Positions 1 through 9,253 of a stretch of 32,000 nt of DNA are shown here, piece after piece. The stretch spans positions 870,001-902,000 of the forward strand of contig OY970322.1 in assembly GCA_963716945.1 (NCBI GenBank). Reading direction: 5' to 3'. Under the pieces are notes generated by a model that was not told the DNA's origin, did not search any database, and saw nothing but the letters and a program-made list of their open reading frames with translations. Numbering within the stretch: the first letter of the stretch is position 1; each line of letters starts with the position of its first letter. This DNA is from Candidatus Saccharimonadota bacterium (GTDB taxonomy: Bacteria > Patescibacteriota > Saccharimonadia > Saccharimonadales > UBA4665). A program made the position numbers and the translations under genes.

Positions 1-190
1 CGTCGCGCCCGCCTTGCTTGATGATGCGGCTAAAACCGGCTGATTCCGGCCGGCCTTCGGGGCGCAGCGTTTCGATGAGATTCACGAAGTTGCTGGTGGC
101 AATCGGCGACGCCAGCACCTTAATGCCGCGGCTGGACTTTAAGCCCGGTCGCTCCAGTGAACCTCCATAACTTTCCGCGTCGTAACTCAT
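1..190 (-). CDS. hypothetical protein, N-terminal fragment; the gene continues past the left edge
   Basis: The frame is open from the ATG at 190..188 (MSYDAESYGGSLERPGLKSSRGIKVLASPIATSNFVNLIETLRPEG...) to position 1. A consensus promoter lies directly upstream. No family recognised. Confidence 0.4.
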   Translation of the reverse strand, partial: MSYDAESYGGSLERPGLKSSRGIKVLASPIATSNFVNLIETLRPEGRPESAGFSRIIKQGGRD

Positions 191-199
191 AATATCCTT

Positions 200-228
200 A
201 TTCTATTACATTACTTTGGATTTGTCAA
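200..228 (-). promoter_or_regulatory. sigma70-type promoter TTGACA-17nt-TAGAAT, with the -10 box 9 nt before the ATG at 190
   Basis: Read on the minus strand: TTGACA (228..223), a 17-nt spacer, TAGAAT (205..200), then AAGGATATT and ATG. Confidence 0.5.
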
Positions 229-264
229 GTATTAGCTCGTCAGCTGACAGGGGTAAGGTGAGAT

Positions 265-2085
<1,821 letters not shown>

Positions 2086-2090
2086 GACGT

Positions 2091-2113
2091 AAAAAGGCGC
2101 TTAAGTCAGCGCC
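2091..2113 (-). promoter_or_regulatory. terminator-like hairpin plus U5 in the short typA leader
   Basis: Minus strand reads GGCGCU-GACUUA-AGCGCC, then UUUUU, then ACGUC-AUG. The stem is 6 bp and ends 10 nt before the typA start. Confidence 0.3.
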
Positions 2114-2130
2114 AAGCTTTCTTATCTGTA

Positions 2131-2139
2131 ATTATACCA
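2131..2139 (-). promoter_or_regulatory. extended -10 promoter (TGgTATAAT) for typA
   Basis: Minus strand reads ATGGTATAAT. It lies about 45 nt upstream of the typA ATG. Confidence 0.45.
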
Positions 2140-2219
2140 TGAGCGCTTATTTCTGGCTAGGGCATGGCGGCGGTTATGTCAAATAACTATTAAAGGTTGC
2201 GATTTTATGGGCGTAATTA

Positions 2220-2248
2220 TTGCGCCTCCTGAAAGCCGGTCCTATAAT
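2220..2248 (+). promoter_or_regulatory. promoter TTGCGC-17nt-TATAAT, with the -10 box 9 nt before the ATG at 2258
   Basis: TTGCGC at 2220..2225, a 17-nt spacer, TATAAT at 2243..2248, then AGGGCTACT and ATG. Confidence 0.5.
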
Positions 2249-2257
2249 AGGGCTACT

Positions 2258-2467
2258 ATGAGCGACTATGACGGAGTATTGCTGGAAGATATGAACCACA
2301 AGCTGGACGCTATCTTAGATGGCCAACAGGCTATGGGCGGCGTACCCCGACAAATCGAAGAGATCGATACCAGGCTTAGAGGTGTCGCGATAGATGTCAA
2401 AGCTATCAAAGCCGTTGTGACAAACCACGAACAGCGGATCACCAAGCTCGAAGAAACAGCCGCTTAA
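2258..2467 (+). CDS. small hypothetical protein (69 aa, probably helical or coiled-coil)
   Basis: This is the ORF-track frame 2207..2467. I prefer the internal ATG at 2258 (MSDYDGVLLEDMNHKLDAILDG...) because a full promoter sits immediately before it. No family recognised. Confidence 0.45.
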   Translation: MSDYDGVLLEDMNHKLDAILDGQQAMGGVPRQIEEIDTRLRGVAIDVKAIKAVVTNHEQRITKLEETAA

Positions 2468-2468
2468 C

Positions 2469-3662
2469 CTACTGGTTGACGAAGGTTAGGGCGTGGCCGA
2501 CCCGCCCGGCGCGGCCGGCGCGGCCGATGCGGTGGACGTAGTCCTGGTAAGAATTGGGCTGCGAGAAATTAATCACGTGGGTGATGTCGATGACGTCGAT
2601 ACCGCGGGCGGCGACATCGGTCGCCACCAGGATCTTGGTCTTGCTGGCCTTGAAGCTGTCGAGCGCGCGCTGGCGCTGGCCCTGGGTCTTGCCGCCGTGG
2701 ATGGCGTCGGCTTTGAAGCCGCGGGCGACCAGCTCGTTGCTGAGGCGTTCGACGCTGCGCTGGGTTTCGTCGAAGACGATTACCTTGTCGACCTCTTCCT
2801 TGAGGAGGATGTCGTGCAGTTTGTCGAGTTTGTCGTGGTTGCCGACGTAGCGGACGACGTCCTGGTTGACGTGGTCGCTGCTCTCACCGGTTTTGACGGA
2901 CACGGTTTCGGGGTCGTTGGAAAAGGTCCGGATCAGGCCCTGAACGCGCGGGTCCATCGTCGCCGAGAAGAAGAACGACTGCCGCTGCGGTGCCAGAGCT
3001 TTAAGAATGAAGCTGACATCCGGCAGGAAGCCCATGTCGAGCATTCGGTCGACCTCGTCGAGCACGACCAGGTTGAAGTTTTCGAGCTTCAGCGTGCCGC
3101 GTTCCATGTGATCCTTGATGCGTCCCGGCGTGCCGATAACGATGCGCGGCCGGTTGCGCAGGTCGCGCAGCTGCGTGCCCATGCCGGTGCCGCCGATCAG
3201 CAGTGCGCCGGTGAAGCCGCCGCCCTTGCCGATACTGCGGCATTCGTCCTCGATCTGCTGGGCCAGTTCGCGGGTCGGCGCGACGATTAGCGCCCGGGCG
3301 TTCTGCCGGGTAACCAAAGCGTTGATAACCGGAATCGCGAAAGCCGCCGTCTTGCCGGTACCGGTGTTGGCGATGCCGATGACGTCGCGGCCTTGGAGCC
3401 CCAGCGGCACGGTCTGGTCCTGGATCGGCGACGGTACTTGGAAGCCTTTGGCCTGGAGGTTGCGCTGGAGAATCGGGTCGATCTCAAAATCCTCGAAACG
3501 GTGCTTAGCCGTATAGTCGGCGGCCTGGGCCGGCTTGGCGACGGCCACGAAACGGGCCGGATTGATATATTCGCCGCGGCGTTTGCCGCCACCGCCGCTT
3601 GATCCGCGGCGCCGGTTGCCTTGTCGGGCCGAATTGTAAACCGAATATTTGTATGAAGCCAT
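2469..3662 (-). CDS. DEAD-box ATP-dependent RNA helicase
   Basis: Helicase motifs present: Q motif GFQVPSPIQ, motif I ANTGTGKTAAF, Ia PTRELA, II DEVD, III SAT, VI HRIGRAGRAG. The N-terminal tail is R/G-rich. Confidence 0.93.
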   Translation of the reverse strand: MASYKYSVYNSARQGNRRRGSSGGGGKRRGEYINPARFVAVAKPAQAADYTAKHRFEDFEIDPILQRNLQAKGFQVPSPIQDQTVPLGLQGRDVIGIANTGTGKTAAFAIPVINALVTRQNARALIVAPTRELAQQIEDECRSIGKGGGFTGALLIGGTGMGTQLRDLRNRPRIVIGTPGRIKDHMERGTLKLENFNLVVLDEVDRMLDMGFLPDVSFILKALAPQRQSFFFSATMDPRVQGLIRTFSNDPETVSVKTGESSDHVNQDVVRYVGNHDKLDKLHDILLKEEVDKVIVFDETQRSVERLSNELVARGFKADAIHGGKTQGQRQRALDSFKASKTKILVATDVAARGIDVIDITHVINFSQPNSYQDYVHRIGRAGRAGRVGHALTFVNQ

Positions 3663-3851
3663 AAAAAATGAATCCCCTGTCGTAACTAGTTAGTATTATC
3701 TCGATTGCCGGTAATGAAATCGAGTAATCTATTGGCTACAAACCCGGATTCATTTAGAACAATACTCTTACATTAGCACGATAAGACTGCCCTGTCAACG
3801 CGAAAGCCGGAGCGCCGGCATTTCCTTATCCTTTTATTAATCTTATTTATA

Positions 3852-3860
3852 TGGTATGAT
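3852..3860 (+). promoter_or_regulatory. extended -10 promoter (TGgTATGAT), 10 nt before the ATG at 3871
   Basis: TGGTATGAT is read directly. No Shine-Dalgarno sequence lies between it and the start codon. Confidence 0.4.
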
Positions 3861-3870
3861 ATAAAGCTTG

Positions 3871-4773
3871 ATGAATTACCATGACAACCCGGTTTTACAA
3901 CCATATTTCGATATTGGCACCGGCCGCGAGGGTATCCAGCACCTGCCGACACTCGAAATGCTTGACGAACGACTGGACGGCTTTTCGGAGGCCTCAGCCT
4001 GTCTGGCCCATGGCTCTATCCTGTCGGAAATCGCCGATATTTATACTAAGCCGCGTTTCTTCGACCCCGGCAAAGCTGACGAAGCTCTGGCCAAGTCCGA
4101 CGCCATGTATGACGCGGCCACGGCTAACAAGCGGCTGGTGCCGGTGGTCGGCCGCGAAGTTATCTTTAATTCAATGCGGCGCGAGCTGGTTGCCGGGCAG
4201 ATGCGAGCCATGCTGCGTCCGGCTCTCAGCGAGCTGACCGGTTTGGCGCTCGACATGTCCTCCAGGGATTATTTGGATGATAGGCACAAAGCCGGCTTCA
4301 TGAGCGAAATTCTGGCGCTGGGCGTACCGCTCTGGTTGACGCTTGAACGGCCCGAGCTTTTGGAAGACGGCGAACAAGCTATGATCGGCTGGCCCAGCTA
4401 CATGCGCCAAGACAAGGCGCGTGAAATTCACTTGGTGGCCGGCCGTAGCTCGGTTGCGCTGCCCAAGTTGGACTTCGATATGCGCCTGTCGACTTACGGC
4501 CAGGACTGGGCGGAACTGGAGGCCAAGCGCAAGGAAATCCAGATCAAATCACGCAAATCACCCGAAACCTACGACCCGAGCGTCATCGTTGCCTTTATGT
4601 GGAAGATCGGCCATATCCGCAAACCCGGCGACGCCGTTTCGATGGCCGAACACCTGGGCAATCTGCCCCGCGAGCTGCCCGACTTAGAGGAGTTAAAGCG
4701 AGTCAGAAAATTAGCCGGCGGCTTCCTCGAGCACGTCGAAGCCGAAGCGGCCGAGCTGGCCCTGGCCGCCTAG
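3871..4773 (+). CDS. hypothetical protein (about 300 aa, soluble)
   Basis: This is a long ORF with host-like GC. The ORF track starts at TTG 3868, and the ATG at 3871 is the adjacent codon. No motif recognised with confidence. Confidence 0.6.
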   Translation: MNYHDNPVLQPYFDIGTGREGIQHLPTLEMLDERLDGFSEASACLAHGSILSEIADIYTKPRFFDPGKADEALAKSDAMYDAATANKRLVPVVGREVIFNSMRRELVAGQMRAMLRPALSELTGLALDMSSRDYLDDRHKAGFMSEILALGVPLWLTLERPELLEDGEQAMIGWPSYMRQDKAREIHLVAGRSSVALPKLDFDMRLSTYGQDWAELEAKRKEIQIKSRKSPETYDPSVIVAFMWKIGHIRKPGDAVSMAEHLGNLPRELPDLEELKRVRKLAGGFLEHVEAEAAELALAA

Positions 4774-5084
4774 TTCTGAGAAGGGTCGGCGCCGGGGTTC
4801 CAACTGGACCGCCAGCGGGAAGACGAGAAAGCGACCGACGTCCGGCCTAACCTGGCCGAAGGCGCGTCGTACGGCTGTCCGTCGACTCTGGTCATTATGA
4901 CGTTATCCGGACTTGTCCCGTGCGCGTCGGCTAGCATTTCACGAGCCTCTTCCGGCCCCACATTACCGACGCAGCTGCCTTCTACAACCGAAGTTCCATC
5001 AGCGAGATAGGTTACGTTTTCGTATTGGCCGGCCACAAAGGGCACGCCGCGGTTCTCACCAGGGTCTTTATTCATAAGGGACAT
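4770..5084 (-). CDS. hypothetical protein (104 aa)
   Basis: The ORF begins MSLMNKDPGENRGVPFVAGQYENVTYLADG. It is preceded by G10-TATTAGT-ATG on the minus strand. Its 3' end overlaps the convergent gene by 4 nt. No family recognised. Confidence 0.4.
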   Translation of the reverse strand: MSLMNKDPGENRGVPFVAGQYENVTYLADGTSVVEGSCVGNVGPEEAREMLADAHGTSPDNVIMTRVDGQPYDAPSARLGRTSVAFSSSRWRSSWNPGADPSQN

Positions 5085-5091
5085 ACTAATA

Positions 5092-5101
5092 CCCCCCCCC
5101 C
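5092..5101. repeat. homopolymeric C10 tract (G10 on the minus strand)
   Basis: Ten consecutive C residues counted directly. The tract lies in the 68-bp divergent spacer between ATG 5084 (-) and ATG 5153 (+). Confidence 0.9.
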
Positions 5102-5140
5102 ATTTGTCAAGTACAAAAATATATGTTTATATATGCCTTG

Positions 5141-5146
5141 TATAAT
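5141..5146 (+). promoter_or_regulatory. -10 box TATAAT, 6 nt before the rarA ATG
   Basis: Sequence reads TGTATAAT-TAGGTA-ATG. No Shine-Dalgarno sequence is present. Confidence 0.4.
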
Positions 5147-5152
5147 TAGGTA

Positions 5153-6334
5153 ATGGACACCAGACCTTTGGCGGAACGGCTGCGGCCGGAAAAGCTGGAC
5201 GACATCGTCGGCCAGGAACATCTGGTGGGCAGCGGCAAAATTATCAGCCAAATCATCGAACACAAGCAGCCGACCAGCCTGATCCTCTGGGGGCCGCCGG
5301 GCAGCGGCAAAACCACGCTGGCCCGGATTATAGCCCGCGAAACCGGCGCCGAATTCGTCGAGCTGAGCGCCGTGACCGCCGGGAAGGCCGATGTCGTCAA
5401 AGTAATCGAGCGGGCCGCGCAAAACCACAGGCTGGGTATGCAGACCATCCTGTTCGTTGACGAGATCCACCGTTTCAACAAAGCCCAGCAGGACGCTTTC
5501 CTGCCGCATGTCGAGGACGGCACGATTATCCTGATCGGCGCCACGACCGAGAACCCCAGCTTTGAAGTTATCAACCCGTTGCTGTCGCGCTCCAGGGTGC
5601 TGGTACTGGAGCCGCTGAGCAAGGACGAGGTCGTTAAGATTATCAAAAGCGCGGCCAAATCGGAGAAGTTAGCTGCCAAAAAGCTGCCGGCCGCCAGCAT
5701 CGACCTGCTGGCCAAGCTGTCCGGCGGCGACGCCCGGGTCGCCCTCGGCAACCTGGAATTGGCCCGCCGGCTGGCCGGCCGCAAAACCATCACGCCTGCG
5801 GTCGTCGAAACCGCCGCCCAAACCCGCCTGCCCGGCTATGATAAGAAAGGCGAATACCACTACAACGTCATCAGCGCCTTCATCAAATCCATGCGCGGTT
5901 CCGACGCCACGGCCGCCCTCTACTACCTGGCCCGGATGTTGCAAGCCGGCGAAGACCCGAAGTTCATCGCCCGGCGGATGGTCATCTTCGCTTCGGAAGA
6001 CATCGGCCTGGCGGCGCCGGCCGCGCTTAACCTGGCCGTATCGACCTTTCAAGCCGTCGAGCTGATCGGCCTGCCCGAAGCCCGCTACAACCTGTTCCAC
6101 TGCGCCACCGTCATGGCCAAAGCGCCGAAATCCCGAGCTGTCGCCGACGCCATGACCCAGGCCATAGCTGCCGCCCGCGACTACCCCGACCTGCCGGTAC
6201 CGTTACAGCTGCGCAACGCCCCGACCAAACTCATGAAAGACCTCGGCTACGGCCAGGGCACCAAATGGGAAGCCGGCTTCAAGCACCCCAAAGGCTTCCT
6301 GCCCGAAGAGCTTAAGGGCGCTGACTTCTTTTAG
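5153..6334 (+). CDS. rarA: replication-associated recombination protein A (AAA+ ATPase, RarA/MgsA)
   Basis: Walker A GPPGSGKTT and Walker B/sensor VDEIHRFNK are present. The N-terminus (PLAERLRPEKLDDIVGQEHL) and the C-terminal MgsA domain pattern are typical. Confidence 0.93.
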   Translation: MDTRPLAERLRPEKLDDIVGQEHLVGSGKIISQIIEHKQPTSLILWGPPGSGKTTLARIIARETGAEFVELSAVTAGKADVVKVIERAAQNHRLGMQTILFVDEIHRFNKAQQDAFLPHVEDGTIILIGATTENPSFEVINPLLSRSRVLVLEPLSKDEVVKIIKSAAKSEKLAAKKLPAASIDLLAKLSGGDARVALGNLELARRLAGRKTITPAVVETAAQTRLPGYDKKGEYHYNVISAFIKSMRGSDATAALYYLARMLQAGEDPKFIARRMVIFASEDIGLAAPAALNLAVSTFQAVELIGLPEARYNLFHCATVMAKAPKSRAVADAMTQAIAAARDYPDLPVPLQLRNAPTKLMKDLGYGQGTKWEAGFKHPKGFLPEELKGADFF

Positions 6335-6974
6335 CTTCCGCAGCTGCCGGGAAAGCCTGCCGGATAGCGTATGGCACCAGTGCCAGCCACACCCCGCACA
6401 AAGTTATGTAGTAATGCTGCGACCAATTGCCGGCCGTCGGTGTCAGGGCTTCGACCAGGCTAAATACGCCAAAGAAGAAGTAGCCGGCTATCAGGGCGTA
6501 AAGCAGCCGCGTCCGATGACGCCACCAGACTAGCGCTAGCGACACGAAGAGGCAGATTGCGGCCAAGATACTGAATACCCCGTGTGCCAGCAGCAGATGG
6601 TCATGCCGCCAATCGGGACAAGCCGGGGCGCCGGGCAGACAGTGTTCCGGCAGCAGCGTATCCATAATCGTGCCGGCGGCAAAAATAACCAGATTGATCA
6701 GGATGGCCGCCAGCAACCGGCGGCCGGGCAGCGCCGTCAAGCGGCGCCAGATTAACCAGCAGATTAGTATAATCAGGCAGCTGCTGGCGACGTCGCCGGT
6801 GATGAAGACCCAGTTATAAGGCTGCCCGATAGCTTCCAAAGCGCTAGCCAGGGCGTTACGGGCCACGTTCGGGTTCAGGACCGGACCCAGCGGCCACGAT
6901 GAATAAAGAACCCCTGACAAAACGGCCAAAATATCCATCCTAAGCCAGAAACGGCGGGTTGAAATATGGTTCAT
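6312..6974 (-). CDS. integral membrane protein, DUF998-like
   Basis: 220 aa with about 6 hydrophobic segments. The N-terminal pattern LYSSWPLGPVLNP...ALEAIGQPYNWVFITGDVASS resembles DUF998. This is judged from memory only. Confidence 0.55.
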   Translation of the reverse strand: MNHISTRRFWLRMDILAVLSGVLYSSWPLGPVLNPNVARNALASALEAIGQPYNWVFITGDVASSCLIILICWLIWRRLTALPGRRLLAAILINLVIFAAGTIMDTLLPEHCLPGAPACPDWRHDHLLLAHGVFSILAAICLFVSLALVWWRHRTRLLYALIAGYFFFGVFSLVEALTPTAGNWSQHYYITLCGVWLALVPYAIRQAFPAAAEAKRSQRP

Positions 6975-7040
6975 GCACCCCTTATTGTAACGCTTAAGTT
7001 TAATTTTTGAAGGTTTTGAATTTACGAATTTGACAGATAA

Positions 7041-7049
7041 TGATATAAT
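7041..7049 (+). promoter_or_regulatory. extended -10 promoter (TGaTATAAT), 6 nt before the ATG at 7056
   Basis: Sequence reads TGATATAAT-ATAGTT-ATG. Confidence 0.45.
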
Positions 7050-7055
7050 ATAGTT

Positions 7056-8264
7056 ATGTCGGAACCACAGGAGTTAATTTTTCCCGGCGTAATACCGGTG
7101 GACAGCACTAAACGCGCTGAAGCTGTTTTCGTGAGCCTGGACGAAACTCTGTATGCTGCCGAGGGTATCGCCGCCAGTTTTGATACCGTCGACGCCCACT
7201 ACACGGCTGACCGGGCCGAACGCCTGCGATTTATGGCCGATAGCGTCTTCACGATGAGCGTATCCTGCACGCTGGGCATACCGGCCCGCATCCATGCCTC
7301 GCTTGAACACGACGACCGTAACACCGATTCCCGCGAACTGATAGTCATCTCTTCTCCGCTCAACGACGGGCCGCCCGAAACTTCGGCCGAAGTCATGGCC
7401 CGCTACGTCCTTAATCCCGAACCGACCAAAGCCGAAATCGCCCGGGCCAAGCCAAACGCCTGGAGTCCGGCCACCAAACTCGATACGGCTTACGAATTCC
7501 TCAACGTCGAAGGCGCAAACGTGCCGGTACTGCAGATCTTCAGCCGGGTACCGCCGCGGGCTCTGACCGTCGGCGAACGGGCGCGCCTGCTGGCCGCCGG
7601 CGACCACTCGGGTTACGGCCGGGTAGCCTTGGCCGGTGTCCAAGAGGCCGACCGGCGACTGCGCGAAGCCGGCGGCAGCGGCATTGAAAAAGTCCACTTC
7701 TTTGGTGCGGGATTAGCGCATAACGCGATTGCCGCGGCCCGCTATTTCGCCGCCGAACAGGACCAATACGAGGTTGGCGGCTTCACGGCCATGAACCTGA
7801 TCATGGGTGAACGATTATCAACCATGGGCGTTGACTATAGCGTCCGCCAGCACACCGGCGAGGCCGCCAAGATCATTTTGCCGGCCGGCTACCGGCGGAT
7901 AGCCGAGCCGGTTATGCGCCAGGAGATCGACGGCAAAGGCGCCGAAGGCGCCATGCGCTGGCGGCAGATCCGGGCCATCGCCGACCTGACCTATACGCTC
8001 TCCCTGCCCAGGTCGAAGCACACCGCTAAAACCATAGAGGAACTTATGGACCGCGGTATACCCGGCACTATCGCCAACGCCTATAACGGCAGCATGACGG
8101 CTAGAACCAGAGACTTCCTGCCGATTGGCGAAGCCGGCCTAAACCTGGTCGACATCGTCGGTGTCGAAGGCAAGAAAGTCGGCATGATGTCTAACGAACA
8201 GGCCTCGCTAGTGGCCCTGGTTATGGGCATCGGTCTGCGCAACGCTGGCCACGAAGCCGCCTGA
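7056..8264 (+). CDS. hypothetical protein (402 aa), possibly an alpha/beta-fold pseudo-hydrolase
   Basis: This is a long host-GC ORF. The segment KVHFFGAGLAHNAIAAARYF looks like a nucleophile elbow (G-x-S-x-G) but has no Ser. Otherwise no family recognised. Confidence 0.6.
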   Translation: MSEPQELIFPGVIPVDSTKRAEAVFVSLDETLYAAEGIAASFDTVDAHYTADRAERLRFMADSVFTMSVSCTLGIPARIHASLEHDDRNTDSRELIVISSPLNDGPPETSAEVMARYVLNPEPTKAEIARAKPNAWSPATKLDTAYEFLNVEGANVPVLQIFSRVPPRALTVGERARLLAAGDHSGYGRVALAGVQEADRRLREAGGSGIEKVHFFGAGLAHNAIAAARYFAAEQDQYEVGGFTAMNLIMGERLSTMGVDYSVRQHTGEAAKIILPAGYRRIAEPVMRQEIDGKGAEGAMRWRQIRAIADLTYTLSLPRSKHTAKTIEELMDRGIPGTIANAYNGSMTARTRDFLPIGEAGLNLVDIVGVEGKKVGMMSNEQASLVALVMGIGLRNAGHEAA

Positions 8265-8312
8265 TTGCCGCCGGTCGTTGCCATAGTATAGTTAGGCCGG
8301 TTTCGCTCAAGG

Positions 8313-8341
8313 TTGCAAATTAATTTATAATATGTTATTAT
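8313..8341 (+). promoter_or_regulatory. promoter TTGCAA-17nt-(TGt)TATTAT, with the -10 box 9 nt before the ATG at 8351
   Basis: TTGCAA at 8313..8318, a 17-nt spacer that ends in TGT, and TATTAT at 8336..8341. Confidence 0.5.
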
Positions 8342-8350
8342 AAATTCCAT

Positions 8351-9250
8351 ATGTCTGAGACCATGCAGCAGTTCGAGAAGATGATCGTCGAGGAGGACCA
8401 CTTAGAGGGCCTGCGGATCAATGAGTTATTTGACGAAAACCTGGGTGACTTGGCGGCGGCTATCGAGGAAACCGAGACCGAATTCAGCGAGGAACACAAA
8501 GCCGGAATGCCCGGTGTCGAACTATACGGGTATTCGGTCGCCAAAAACGCCCGGCGCTGGTGGATGTACGGCACCGCCTACCTTCGAGACTTAGAGACAC
8601 AAGAAGCAAGCCCGCGACTAAGCGCCGGCCAGCTGGCCATTTACGGCATGGAGAAAAACCATGCCGGCGAGAAGTTAATTGAACTTGACCCGACTTATTT
8701 CAAAACTTTTAACCTGCTTGAAAGAGAGCGCGTCCGCCGGCACCTTAACGGCGAGGTCAAGCCAAATCCGTTTGAGCTGGCCAGGGATTACGCGTCGCTC
8801 GTGTTGGCGCAAGCGATTGACGTGGCAAGCGTGGTCGGCATTGATGTCGACCAAGCCCTTGGGCAGCTTGAGAATATAGCTAGGAGTAGCGAAAGTCAGG
8901 AACCGGATGAGCAGCGGGCTTGGACTTTTCATGCTCCGGACGCGGCCTACCACGTGGAGAGAACACCTGACAAACGGGCCAAATCCTACATCATCAGCGA
9001 GTACGGCTATGACGGAGACGACCTGGATGCCGCCGAACCTAGGGCCGTTTATATTATTGACGGCGCCAGGAACTTCTCGGGCCATCCGATCGTTATGCAG
9101 CCACGCGGCACTAACCCGATTGTCGAGACCGGCAAGATCCTCGATTTGGCCAATGCCGTCATAGGCTACAAAGAAATTCTTGAAGAGGCGGTCTTCGTAC
9201 GCGTTGCCACCATCTTAGCTGCCCGCCGAAACGAAACTGCCGAGGACTGA
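8351..9250 (+). CDS. hypothetical acidic protein (299 aa)
   Basis: Long host-GC ORF with no TM segments and no recognised motif. Confidence 0.6.
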   Translation: MSETMQQFEKMIVEEDHLEGLRINELFDENLGDLAAAIEETETEFSEEHKAGMPGVELYGYSVAKNARRWWMYGTAYLRDLETQEASPRLSAGQLAIYGMEKNHAGEKLIELDPTYFKTFNLLERERVRRHLNGEVKPNPFELARDYASLVLAQAIDVASVVGIDVDQALGQLENIARSSESQEPDEQRAWTFHAPDAAYHVERTPDKRAKSYIISEYGYDGDDLDAAEPRAVYIIDGARNFSGHPIVMQPRGTNPIVETGKILDLANAVIGYKEILEEAVFVRVATILAARRNETAED

Positions 9251-9253
9251 GCT

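Noticed and set aside
5146-5793. Long antisense or off-frame ORFs inside rarA (5146..5793, 5072..5509, 5669..6100). Similar ORFs lie inside the helicase (2493..3290), metK (9692..10348), fba (10632..11180), fbp (11744..12202, 12254..12748) and the P-type ATPase (24954..25586, 24540..24950).
   Set aside because: Each lies wholly within a gene that has clear family motifs on the other strand or frame. Their sequences are low-complexity with no recognisable domains.
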